Origin: Sphagnum compactum
Taxonomy: Eukaryota
Direction of reading: 5' to 3'
Assembly: GCA_965153455.1 (NCBI GenBank)
Contig: OZ234493.1
Span: 33,718,213-33,782,212, forward strand
Length of the DNA stretch: 64,000 nucleotides
The position numbers and the translations under genes were made by a program. Positions 12,850 through 25,300 of the stretch are shown here, piece after piece. The notes beneath the pieces are model-generated. The model made no database searches. It saw only the letters and a program-made list of their open reading frames with translations, and was not told where the DNA came from. Positions within the stretch are counted from its first letter, which is position 1; the number at the start of each line of letters is the position of its first letter.

Positions 12850-13519
12850 CCTGCAAGGCAACAAAGTCCGGGTGCAGCTTCGTGATATCACCAAAACAAT
12901 TGTTCCCACACTGCACACGACTTCTATAGAATTCCAGAACTACTCCATGCGATCTCGAAGGAAAGAACAAGACACATACCTGTACGAGGATCAAGGCAAC
13001 GAAGACGATCTGAAAACAAACAGAAACTCTAGAGCTTTTCAAGAGGTTGTTGCAACGAAAAGCTGTAAGTGTAAGCCACCTCCAACAACCCTGCACACAA
13101 ACAGACAGAAGAGAGTTGATCACTGCACATGTAGTGCGATGTCTGACAAATTACAGAACTGCATCATGCAGTAGGAGGAAAGTTCTTCAAACATCGGCCT
13201 CCTGCAGTTGTTCTCCCAAAAACTTGAGACCTGTGCTAAGAGCAATATTGCAAACGATCTATATATATGTGTGTGAACCCAGTTACTTACCTCTGAGTCC
13301 ACGCAGGGGGATCGGCTACAACCCCTGCAAACGCAAGACACTCCGTGTAGATACTACAGTAATCGGAAAATGATGCAGCAGCAAGAGGAGGGAAAGCTTT
13401 ACTACTCCGTTTGAAAAACTATCTTTGAAACCAAAAAAACAGTAGTAGTACTCATATCACCATGAAGAGCTTGAACTGCACCTCAGAGTCTCAAAGAAAA
13501 TGCGGCCAAGAAACGACAG

Positions 13520-13620
13520 ATCGCGAGAAGAGCGAGAACGAGAGAGAGAGAGACGGGGGGGGGGCGGGGGGGGGAAGAGAGCGAGAGAGAACGAGAGCGC
13601 GAGAGCGAGGAAAGACACAG
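13520..13620 (-). promoter_or_regulatory. CT/GA-rich 5' leader or proximal promoter of the AP2-like gene
   Basis: GA-rich tract with a G-run on the + strand, so CT-rich on the coding strand. It lies upstream of a minus-strand donor (GTAAGT at 13290) and an acceptor directly before the ATG at 12849, implying an intron-containing 5' UTR. Confidence 0.5.
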
Positions 13621-13793
13621 AATGACCGAACTTTGGCAGCGAGCGAGGTAGGGAGGACACCCGGGACTTCTTCGTGTCGGGCTTGTCTTTCTCTTTTTCT
13701 TCGGGTCGATGGACTTGGGAACCGTTGGTTCTCAGTCAACGAAGGTATTCAACCGGTCAGCGCACTGGCTACATTCCCAGTTGAAGTCCACAA

Positions 13794-14192
13794 CAATGTT
13801 GGGCCGGTACCCTCTTTGGCCGGTACTAAGAAGTGCTGGTCCAAAGAAGTGCTGGTCCAGTAACTGAACTGGAACTAGGTCTGATTTTTGGAACTGGAAC
13901 AGTTCATTGGAACCTGATTTTATTTCTTAAAGAACCAGATATGGAACTGCATTTCAGGGTTTTATTTAGGTGGGGAGCAGGAACTAGAACCAAGAATTTT
14001 GAAAAAAAACAGTTTTTTTAAAGGAAGTGACTAGAAGGTAGGGTTAATCAGCTGTTCTGGTCTGGGTTAGTAAAACTGGGTCTAATTTTCAAAATGGAAA
14101 CAAGTCAGCTTCCTAGTTCCATTTATGTGTGGAACTGGAACTGGAACTGGAACTGGAGTTCCTTCATAAAAGTAAAGAACCACCCAACACTG
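13794..14192. mobile_element. hAT-type MITE, 399 bp, with 8-bp TSD GTCCACAA
   Basis: Ends are CAATGTTGGG...CCCAACACTG. An exact GTCCACAA repeat flanks it at 13786-13793 and 14193-14200. It has an internal (GGAACT)n array. Confidence 0.88.
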
Positions 14193-15490
14193 GTCCACAA
14201 CTGCAGTGCAAAGTAAATATGGGCAATTTTGGGACAAACACAAACGGTTAGAAACTTAGAACCAGAAGTGAATAGAAAACAAACTTTACATTTGGTTCTC
14301 TCTTCACCTTGTGTGCATAATATGGTGATTATGTACTAGAAACAGGCCACTAACAGTAGATTCTACCAGGTATGCCCTCGTGGGTAGAGCTCCTTGTAGG
14401 GTGCACCTGGTAGAATCCACCATTGAAGGCCCATTCTCTACACGCGCTAAAAGCCAGGGAATACTTTCAGACATCAAGGGAACAATGGCTAAATTATCCA
14501 GTGGTAAAACATTGTCAATTTGGGCATCCTAAGTCGGTTGCAAGTGGAGCCTGAATAGAACCTCCCTTGCTTGCAACAAGATGGGTGGAGATGAGGAGCT
14601 AATAGGGGGTTTAGGGAACTTTAGGCCACAAAGTTGATAGGAGCCTGAGTAGTCAGGTTTGTAGAGATTGAACTGATTATGATGTTTTTGAGTCTGCAAT
14701 CCAATGCATGTTAAAGATTTTATTGAGAGTTTATTAATAGCCCCAATTGCAATACCTTAAAATTGGGTGGGATGTTGACCAGTGGGCATGATGCTCAATT
14801 CATTTTCAATGATGTTGTTTGGTTGTTTTTGCCAAGCATTTTTGGCTTCTCTTTTTAATCGTGGAATTTGCAATGGGACATTCACTCAATTGGCAAGGTT
14901 CAGTTTTGCTTTGCAATAATTTGATTTTTCTTAGTCCCTGTTTAATTACACTTGGTCTTAGAGGTTCCTTTTTGTGTTCATATATATGACCCCTACCATG
15001 ACAAGAAGTAATTCATCCAGATCTAAGATGATCTTTTGTGTACTCATCAAAATTGAGCTTGATTTTGCAATTAAACCGATGTTACAAGTTTTTCAAATAA
15101 TTGTTGATTGTTGGGTTTTGCAAATTTGTTAACACAAATATCCAAGATGAAATGTTTCTTGGCATCTCAAATGCCCTCACAAGTTTGATTTTTGTGCATC
15201 AAATTATAATGCAAAAAACAACTTATGCCCAAACTGAAGTTCAAATATGTATTAGGTTTGGTCAATTTGTCCTTTGTTGTTTGGACAAAGCAAACAAAAA
15301 TAAATTTTCAAATGCATTTGAATATTTAAGAATATAACAATGTCAAGTAACAACTTTTTGACACCAAATTAGTAGCATCATAATAATATGTTGAGATTCC
15401 GTTATATCTTGTTACTTGGCATTCCAATATATTTCTTCTTGCAAACATGTGATTTTGGCGAGTAGCAAAGCCTTACTAGACTCTTTACAG

Positions 15491-18008
15491 GAAAGACCCC
15501 GAGAAGGGGAGGGAGGCAACAGCCCCATCAAACATTAAAGAAATCCAAGAAATACAAGGGGGCCAAGAAGCACCACATGATGGTGACGCAATCAACCCCA
15601 AAGATGCCTAAGTGACACCATTCCGCCCTAAAGGCTTGATCAATCCTAGCTTGAATACTAGGGTCTTGGGTGGACCGAAGGGAATTAATGGCCTTCCAAG
15701 TGGCCATTCCAACCTCAACGGTAGCTACCTAGGCTTGCTGAAGGATTTTCCTACAGGAATACTGGTTATCAAAATGCTTCCGGCATCTCTCCGTCCAAAG
15801 GAAGTAGAGGATAAAACTGTGAAGGATGTCAAGCAGTTGTCTGATGTAAGAGAAGCCTCCTACATGGTACCCTTGGACCCCGGGGGGGGGTCATCTTCTC
15901 TCTCGAAGACAGCTTCACCCAACATGATGAATGCTCAGGAGAGAGTGATGTCATTGGGCGCTCCCCATTTTTGCCAGATGTGATAGAAGGCCTCCCAAGC
16001 CCATTTGGCGAGGGGACACTCGAAAAGACAGTGTTGAGGGGATTCAGGGGCCTCCTCTATGCAAACCTTGCACGTGGGGAAGATCCCCATGCATTGTAGC
16101 CATGTGCCAACCGGGAGGCCCCGGTTTAAAGTGAGCCATATGAGAGTGCCGACCTTCCGGGGTTGGGCGTTATGCCAGATTCTGGCCATAACTTGCGTGA
16201 CGGTGGAGTTCTGCAGGTTTAACCTTTGAATGAAGGAGCAAATGTTTGCGCTCTGGGTGGGTTTCCTTGCATTTCAGTAACCCCGCTTTGCGAAATAGCC
16301 AAAAAAAGGAGAATCACCCATTTGGGAGGAGGCTTGCCAATGCCACTTTCCCGGGTCCCAGGGAAGCCCATCAATGAAACCATATTCGAAAATCCAGAGT
16401 AGGGGGAGCTTAGTGAGTGATGGGAGCTCCCTGGCAACTTTATACGGGGCTCCGTGTCTTTCTTGGCAAAGGACCCTGATTGGGTGATAACCTTCAGGGG
16501 AGAGGGTTATCACCTGGGAGTTTACATTGTATACCCATTCTAGAGTGGTGTTATTTCCGGAGTTTCTTTTGCTGATTCAGTCCCCTGCCTAAAAGCGGTT
16601 AGTGTAAGTTGTAGGATTCTATGGGATACTCGCTATGATGATTTCTCCGTTGTTCCTATTGGTGGCGTGGTAGGTCATCCGGAGGGCTTGGAGGCTTTTC
16701 CATGCCCTGCCCTCCTGGTCCCAAAGATCTTTGATTCGGGTGCAGCCAGAATTGGCAATGGCGCGTCCTTCATTGCGACCACTGACTCCCAGAGGGTGAC
16801 CAGTCATGTTGAAGATGAGAGGGTTGCTGAAAATGGGCTGTCTGAGAAGCTCTGCATGGGATGCGGGTTCGGACTTTGCTAGACCAACTCTTACGTTGAG
16901 CCAAGAGCCAAGGATGCTCTTCCAAAACGAGCATTTCAATTTTTTGAGCTTGGGGGCGACAAAGAGCCAATTTATATCCGAGATGCTTGGCCCTTTGCCG
17001 TGCACCGGGAGATGGACTTGATCTGCTTGGTGCCTTAAAATCTCTTTCTAGGGTTCTCCTCTGGGGCAAGTCCTCTCACCATAAGTTTGGCAAGAAGTGC
17101 TTCGAATTGTGCCTTGGGGTCTATTATCCCTAGGCCGCCGCTAGACAAGGGAAGTGTAAGAGAATCCCATTTGACCTTAGCCCGTGTGTTGGAAGCCTTT
17201 CCCCCCCAAATGAAGTTTCATACCACTCCTCTGATCTAGTTGCACATCCTCGGATTGGGGTTCCAACAAGCTGCCAGGTACCACATTAAGGAAAGCAATA
17301 TTTGGCTGGCAACCAGAATTTTGCCGTTGAGAGAGAGGTTGCACTTGCCCCAGGCGATCATCTTCCCTTTTAGGGTGAGCATGAATTTTTCAAAATTGGC
17401 CTCAGTGGGTAGTCGGAAGCCTATTTGGATGCTTAAGTATCGAACCCCTTGTCCCTCGGGGATCCATCTTAGCCCAATTTCTTGTCCCCATTCCCATTCC
17501 TTTTTTTCCTTGCTGGCCCATATGGCCGTGGATTTTCCCCAATTGACTTTTGCCCCAAGGCAAGACAGAATAGTTCGAGGACCACCCGAGCTTTGCTCAA
17601 GTTACTCAAGGAGCCCTTAAGGTAAAGTGCGATGTCATCCACGAAAGTTTGATGCTAGACGCATTCCCCTTTGGGAAGGTGCATCCCTTCTATTTTGTGC
17701 TTTGGGTTGTCCAGCATATGGCCCAGAACATCCATAGCAAGAATGAAAAGGTATGGAGCTAGTGGACAGCCTTGTTTGACTGACCTGGCAAGTCTGAAGT
17801 CCTCTCCAAGTTCCCCGTTTACTTTGATTAATGAGGACGTGAGCCAGTAAAGGGATGAGATCCATTGAATCCAAGTGGGGCAGAAACCCAGTTTGGACAA
17901 GGTTGGGAAGAGGAAGCCCCATTCAATCCTGTCAAATGCTTTTTCAAAATCGAAGAGTAGGAGGACAAGGTCCTGGCCGCTCTCTGGTGCCTAGACCAGA
18001 GCCTCCTA
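15491..18008 (-). mobile_element. 5'-truncated, frameshifted L1-type LINE retrotransposon (ORF2 reverse transcriptase 3' part plus zf-RVT region)
   Basis: Pieces read LLLDFEKAFDRIEW, RSVKQGCPLAPYLFILAMDVL, GGLGIIDP, CSFWKSILGSW and IWLTLNRGLPVG...CKVCIEEAPESPQHCLFECPLAKWAW. Stops and frameshifts are present. It is GC-richer than the flanks. An 11-bp direct repeat ACTCTTTACAG occurs at 15480-15490 and 18009-18019. Confidence 0.9.
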
Positions 18009-21000
18009 ACTCTTTACAGAGAACAATGTCAAGTGACCAAGTTATCATAACATTATTGTTGTCCACATGGTTCAACTTTGTTTCACAACTGCGCAATACT
18101 AGATGGGGCACTTTTTATCATTTAATAAGTGGATAGCCATATTACAAATTACAAGTGTGAGAAAATATGTTATTTTAAATTATATTTCTGAAATTTTAAG
18201 GTAATATATAAATGATAAATTCATAATGTTTGGCAAGTTAATAGGCTTGTATTTTGTGTACCTATTTCATAATGTATGATCATTTTGCCTTTTTATTTTA
18301 TGTATGAAATTGTAATTTTAGTTGAAATTCCATGTTCTTGTACATTTTATTAAGCATTCAAAACCAACTAGATTTGTGGACTCTTCAATTATAATTCTTT
18401 TTAAAGTAAATGACCAAATATTGCAGTACAAAATGGGTGGGCGCGTTGAAAGGACCTTGAATGGTTGCCTTTTATGATGAAAGGAAATCTTATTGGCAAG
18501 GATAGTGTGTGATTTGAATCATGTTTCTTTTCAAGCACTCACCCTATATCTTGTGTTTTCACCCACAAAGTAATTCAAATTCTATTTTCATTTAATCATG
18601 AAAATTTGCTAGGAATCAAAACAAATATATTTGAAAACTTTTTCCTATCCCATGGTAATATATATTATCCTTTGAAAGTGTGCAATTGTCATGGCATTGA
18701 TCCCATTATAACTATAAATTATTAATATGAAATTTCGAGGTGGATATACATATCAACTTTTACAAGGAAGAAATGAACCTGAAGACATTCAAATAGGACT
18801 GACTTAAATGAATATTTTAGGCTTGAGAAGAATGAAGCTTGATGCAAAGAGACATTCAACCTGGATTTTTCTGCAGAGGAAGTTTTGGGTGAAGTGCATG
18901 GAATTCTTTAATTTATTTCATTGTAGCGGCTTGACAAATGCATCCTTTGTTCTTTAATGATGAGTACTTACATTGAAATGTGCAACTTAAAAGAATGGAG
19001 AAGCCTTTCAATGCAAGGAATAATCATAAAGAGAGGTTCATAAAGAGAGGACTCTTTTAGATTGCTTAACAACATAAGAAACGCATTGAAAATTCTCTCT
19101 ACATAGAAAACATTTGGTGTGTTGCTTATTTGCTACATTTGGAGTGTGGATTTGACGATGTAATTTGTCTCTTGATGGCTTCAAAATGTTACAAATTTTG
19201 ACAGACAAAGATCAACATCCAACTAATGAATTTGGTTTGAGCGTCATTCATTCATACACACATACCCACTTTGGACTTTCATGAATCAAAGATGAGCCAA
19301 AATGCTATGGTTAGTTTTACAACCAATGGTTACATATTGAAACATCTTTGCTTCCTTTCTCTATATTAGGCAAAACATCGACATACCCAAAGTGGCTATC
19401 TGCTCAAAGAAAACTCCTAAACTTTTAGTTTTGCATAGATTTCAGCGATTGGAGGATGGTTTAGATCATTTGGCAAAAGTGTTTGCACCTCATTAACTCA
19501 TAAAGAACAATAGAATTTATCTAGTATAATTAGAGGGCATCCTACCCTCAGTTAAATGTTTCCCTCAAAAGGGGGATGGCACCTTGTCTATAAGGTTCCC
19601 CAAAATGGGAAACCTTACAAAGCAGAAGGTTCATCCTCTCGTATCCTACTTGATTTGTCTTTCCGTGCTAAAATTATCTTTTCAACAAATTTCGAAACAT
19701 ATAGGCTATTGAACAAAATATGATCATGTAGCACTCAAATGAATCACTGCCGCCTGGTTTGAAAGAAAAGAAATCCTTTAGGTCAGGTAAGGGCCTCAAA
19801 TACGGCCATTCAAAGAATACAGGTCCCACAATGAGCTCCCACCTGACCTGGGGGCCCTCAAACCCAGAATAGCCCTGTTCTCCATCCTTATCCTACACAT
19901 CTATATCAATGCAAAGAAAGCCCATAGGGTTTTATTTGAATGTGCTTCAAGAAATAAAATTGAAATTCTATAAGAAGACTCTACTTAGCCAATATTTGCA
20001 TTATGTTTTCATTACAACACGTTGGAAGTTGGCATCCTTGCTTTCCAGAAAAATAAAAATAAAATTTAACCTTTTGGATGTGGGTTTTTAGAGAACATAA
20101 AAAACAATATTTCTAGCCAAAAAAGGAAAACTTGCAAACTTCAAGGCAACTGTGGACTTCCAGAAAGACTCCAAATCATAAATACAAACTTGGGTTGTGA
20201 TTCCTAGATCTATGCAGGCCGCCAGAGTTGGTCTTCCTACTTTTGAAAGGCCAACTTTGGTGGCCTGGATGACCCACATGACCCTCTTACCACTTGATTT
20301 ATTAACTTCCCACATGGGTTCAATGTCAATTTTTAGGAGAAATTTAGCAATTTATGGAGTTAACATGAAAACCTCATTAATTCTTACCGACCTCCAAACT
20401 TGCAAGCATTTTGGAGAATGGTAGAATCCCCATCCACTTCAAAAATGAAGAAAAAACTCATGGCTAGCCAAGTTTTTATCCCATGGACTCTAGTTCAAAA
20501 GACCCATGATTAACCAACTTTTTATCCCATTTACTCTTGTTTTGGTTGATATTAAACTTAAACATTTGGGCCCATTCAAATATAACCAATCTAACCATGT
20601 TCCAAATACAGGTTTCAACTTTGAACCTATCTCAGATCAGTTGTGCAGCAACTAGACACCAAGATATTAGTTACTAAACTATCCCCTTTGCAACCCTTGG
20701 GCCTTACATTGTTCATTTCTGAAGTTTCTTCCCCTGATTTTATGCAAGTTCCACACAGTCCACATCTATGACAGTCTATAACATGGATCGTGACAATTAA
20801 CATTGTTCATGGCTAGGAATACCCTCTTGTAACTCAAACACAGGCTTCTTCTTCACCCCAAATGTAAAGTATTCCAAGGTTGTATGTTGTACTTAAAAGA
20901 CCTCCTCGCATGGAAGACACATTTGTCAAATGACCTTCTGCTGCTTGGCTGCAAACCTTTGGCCATCTGGTTTAAACCCCTCTTGTAACTTAAACTGGGA

Positions 21001-21659
21001 AAGGCCTGCTTGCTCAAGTGCACCTTCCCTAATTTTGGGCCTGTATGCTCAGGCTATTGTCATGGGGGCCCTTCCCCTCTATGCAACAACCCAGGGACAT
21101 TCTCCTTTGTTACTACTTTAAGTCACTTTTGCAAGGCAAAATCTCCAATGCAGATGGTACAATGTTACATGGTTAATATGGAAGCCCTCAACACATCTGG
21201 TGGAGGTTTTCCCCTAATGTAGTAGTGGTTTTTCATCAGTACAATTGAATACAGGTTTTGTCCCCATTACTAAAACTCTCAAGTACAATGTAGTGCATTG
21301 AAGGCACACTTCAAAATCATAACACGGTGGTGAATTATTAATTGCTTCCTAATAAAAGTTGATAATGGGATGTGCATCAAAGAGAGCTTGGGTATTACGT
21401 TTCCAGTTTGCACCCATCTGCCCTAACGATGGCAACTCTCACTTTGGCCTACAAATGTGTCCAAATAGCTACTCTGGGTCAGGTTGGGATGTTGGGACAT
21501 GTATTGTGTGGTTAATTGAAATTTTTAAAGAACCATGGTTACATACAAGATTCAATGGCTCAAATTTCCTGAGTCACAGTTAATTGAATCCTAAGATGCA
21601 CCCTCATAACCGTCAGGGTCCATTCCTGTTTCAAATAACCGCCCAACACCGGTTAAGAC

Positions 21660-22317
21660 CAGTGTTGTCCGGTTATATTTTAGAAAATCCGGATATACAT
21701 TTGGATAGTGGCCGACCGAATATGTATATATACATATTCGTTCGGATTTCCCGCTCAGTTTGATATCCGGCCCTATACACAATCGTCAGATGCTTGGCAC
21801 TTCAGTTTCACTATGCATAACTTTATCCAAACTGGTGCATCCAGATAGAATAGATATCCTTCGAGATCATATTTTGACAATCCGGATATGCATTAGGTTT
21901 AAGAATTATTTCATTTAGGGTTTACATCATGTAGGGTTTAGGTGTTAAGAATTAGGGCTTGCAAAAGCCGGAGCACAATCAAGTGTTTTGTGCTTTGTGC
22001 TTTGCAATAGATCACTGCTTTCTTTGAGTGCATAGTACGAGCACACAACACACACACATCGATTCTAGGTTTTTTTGTAGGTAATAAATCAGAAAATTGA
22101 TATGCATAACCTTTGTGCATATTTGTAATTTTGTGAAAATTGAAAATCAGCATATTCATAACTGGCAAAAAATTTATAAATAAAATAATATGTAACCAGA
22201 TGGTGTAGTAGATGTCAGATTTTTTTGAAATACATATCTTTCTTCTTTTAAAAAATGAAAATACACTCTATTGGTATCCACAGGTTAGGCCTAAAATGTG
22301 ATACCCGGACAACACTG
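21660..22317. mobile_element. hAT-type MITE, 658 bp, with perfect 13-bp TIR
   Basis: TIR CAGTGTTGTCCGG...CCGGACAACACTG. Flanks GTTAAGAC and GTTAGGAC form an 8-bp TSD with 1 mismatch. Internal CCGGATAT subterminal repeats are present. Confidence 0.88.
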
Positions 22318-25300
22318 GTTAGGACAAGTGTGTTAGACCAGTGTTGTTGTCCAGGTCTAGTTTTTAAAGAGAACTTCAAGTCCTGGTTCCTACTTAACTG
22401 CAACCTTCTTTTGGAACCCAAAAGAAACCTACATGCCTAGGAAAAAAACAATTTGACATACAGAAACATAACCAGTGTTTTTCAACAAATTTTGTGATCT
22501 TTTCAACCAAAAAATTGGGAAATTACTTGATTTTTTTTGCTTGTGAAATTTCAACTTCTTTTCCTATTTCAGACCCCAGAAAAAGGTTCCATTTATTTGA
22601 CATCAATTTTTTCCTTTAAGAAAACCTAACCATAACCAATTAGAAAAAGGTTTGGAGGCCGATCCTGGTTTCAACAGAAAATCAATTGTAGTTCCAGTTT
22701 CCAATATGAGGCCAGTTCCAATCTGCTTTCACTTTCTTCACAATTTAGAACTTGTGGTCCCCATAACCATAAACTAACTAAACTAACCCCATAACAACTA
22801 AAGGTGCATTCACACCTCATGTTAAGTCAGTGATAAGTGAAAATCTAGGTGGCATCTTAGGTGGCACCCAATGTTAAATGGGTGATTACTTAATATTAAG
22901 TGAATGTTAACTTAACATGAAATAGGTTTAGGTTCTAAATGACTAGCTTGGTGTTAGGGGACGGAATACTAAAGTCCTTAACACCAAGTGTGAATGCATC
23001 TTAACACTAATTATTACCCAATGCACTCATATTGTAGTGTATTACGTGTGAATGATATGATTCTACTTTAGTACTGCACTACACATTTATTCAACTCGGT
23101 ACAACTCAGAATTTTGAAAATGGTTCCCAATCCTCTTTATTAGCACTCTATTTGGCTTTCAATTAGCAGAGTATTTGTGTTCAATATTTTACAATCATTA
23201 CAACTAGTGACTTTTTCCTGACTGAGTTTGTAAAATTTTTTGGGGAAAATTCTGGATTAATGTTTTTTTCTAGTGTAAACTAGACTAATTTTACTATTAT
23301 TTTTTATTAAAAAATTCGCCAATTTTTTGGAAAAAATATCAAAAAATATCCTGATTATGACATAACCCAATATATATTGAAATTTGGTTGGGAAAGATTT
23401 TTGTATTTTTTTTCTATTGAGCTAACAGGATTTTGTGTTTTGCTTTGCTGAGTCATGAAGATGACGTTCTAAGTGGAAAGCACCTTAAACCCATTGTCAC
23501 TCTAGGCCACAATTTCATCACAAATGTACTAGAGAATGGCTTCTCACATTGTGCCAATCCTGAAGTCAGCCTGTCCATCTCCACGAATCCAAAAGGGTGC
23601 ACCTTGAAGAGGTCCAGTCTGAGGTGAAGTGGCAAAATTAGCAGGGCGTCTCAATTCTATACAACTTTCTTTTAACTGGTAAAATTTCATCAAAAATCCA
23701 AATTAAAATTTTAAAAATTCAAAAAAAAAAGGTGAATTTGGAGGTTTTTCCATCACCAGAAGTGACCCAACCAAAAAGAAAAGGAAAAATTGCCAGATTC
23801 CTATATTTGGTTTTCATTGTCTAGTCGAAAATATAAAAAGATGATTAAAGATTTGTAATTTATTTCCAATTTAAAACCAGATGTGGCTAAATCTTCGTAT
23901 AGATGATCACCACTTTTTTCTACATCTTCCCATGGATGATTAGGGACCAACAAAAATTCCCAAAAAAACACTGGCAATGGTCCAGCCTGCCCAGTGCAAA
24001 AGAAAACCTCTACAATGACAAACTCGGAGACAAAGGATTTTACAGTACAAGAGAATGGGACCTCAGGCCTTCATTGTGAAGGGCTCATCTGCCCTTCAAC
24101 TGCCCCAGGCTGCTCTGGAAACTACCTTTCACACTGAAAAACAGACCATGAAAGAGCCCTTCACGATTGAAAGACTTCAGAAAGAAACAAAAAAGCATGA
24201 TCTTGTACTGACAAAGTATGAAAGGCCCATGAATCATACACATCTTCTAAGCCCTTTCTGCTTAAAAATTGGGTACATATGAAAAGCTACATATCTTTTT
24301 AAAAGCAAACATATGTATGTTTCACTTATCAAAAATGCTTAGCACATTTTGCATATCTTCAAGGACTCTCTCTCTCTCTCTCTCTCTTGTTTTTCATATT
24401 TTTCCATACACTGTAAATTTGCACCTAGTCCAGCATTGTCGGTGCAGGCTTGGCAAGTGGATTGTGCATTAGAACATCGAGTATAGAGAGTCTCAAAGAA
24501 CATTTCCTGGTATAATTCTTATCACATTTTGAGTATTGAAACCCCTCTCACATGATATGATACTCAACTCAACAAAGGAATAGATAAGAATGCTTGGCAT
24601 AATCGCATGATATGGAAAATCTAGTGTTGATCTAGTATCAACTACTTTTGAATATACCAGCCCGGTCCTAATACACAATGTACATTTTTTTAAATTTTCA
24701 TACCACCTTCGTCCTGGGATCGAATCCTTTTTAATGCTTTCATACCAGCCTCTTGATATTGGGTCCAAGATTGTTTTTCGGTTGGTATGAGGCAAGTATA
24801 CACCTGGTATTGAAATTCATATAAAAGTGGTATTAAGTAAGGCTGGCCTCATCCCTTAGCAGGGTGATGATGGTATAAGATTGATATTGCCTCATTTAAG
24901 ACATGGTAGGGTCCTTGAGCCACTGTTGATACCAGGCACAGGCCCTGAACCCTAAACCTAACAAATCAACATTAGTGAAAACCACCATCACTTTTCATAC
25001 ATATGGAATGACTACAAATTACTCCCTAGGCTTCAACCATAAGAAAATTCTCACAATTTAGAGCCAAAGTATTAACAAATTGGTGTGCATTTCTACAACA
25101 TGAAGGTTGGTGCATTAACAATCATAAAGGCAATGGTTTTCAAATTTGGTGATGCAAAATGCATAGGGTAAAGCCTGGGGTAGCATACTTTACCAAGCAT
25201 AAAGGCCTGGTCTGATTTCTGTTCTTTTTTTCTTGTGATACTCAATGGGTATTTACACAAAGAAAAAAACGGAAAATTCAAGGACAATTTTAGAAAAAAC

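Noticed and set aside
12850-12918. Upstream extension of the 519-aa AP2 ORF
   Set aside because: It begins at a non-ATG codon and crosses a TTGCAG acceptor directly before ATG 12849, so it is intronic.
11554-13373. Multiple overlapping plus-strand ORFs over the AP2 exon
   Set aside because: These are antisense shadows of GCA/GCT-rich coding sequence with no recognisable motifs.
18400-21500. Coding-like decayed sequence, possibly transposase or gag
   Set aside because: All frames I tried contain stops and I found no diagnostic motif, so I cannot assign a family.
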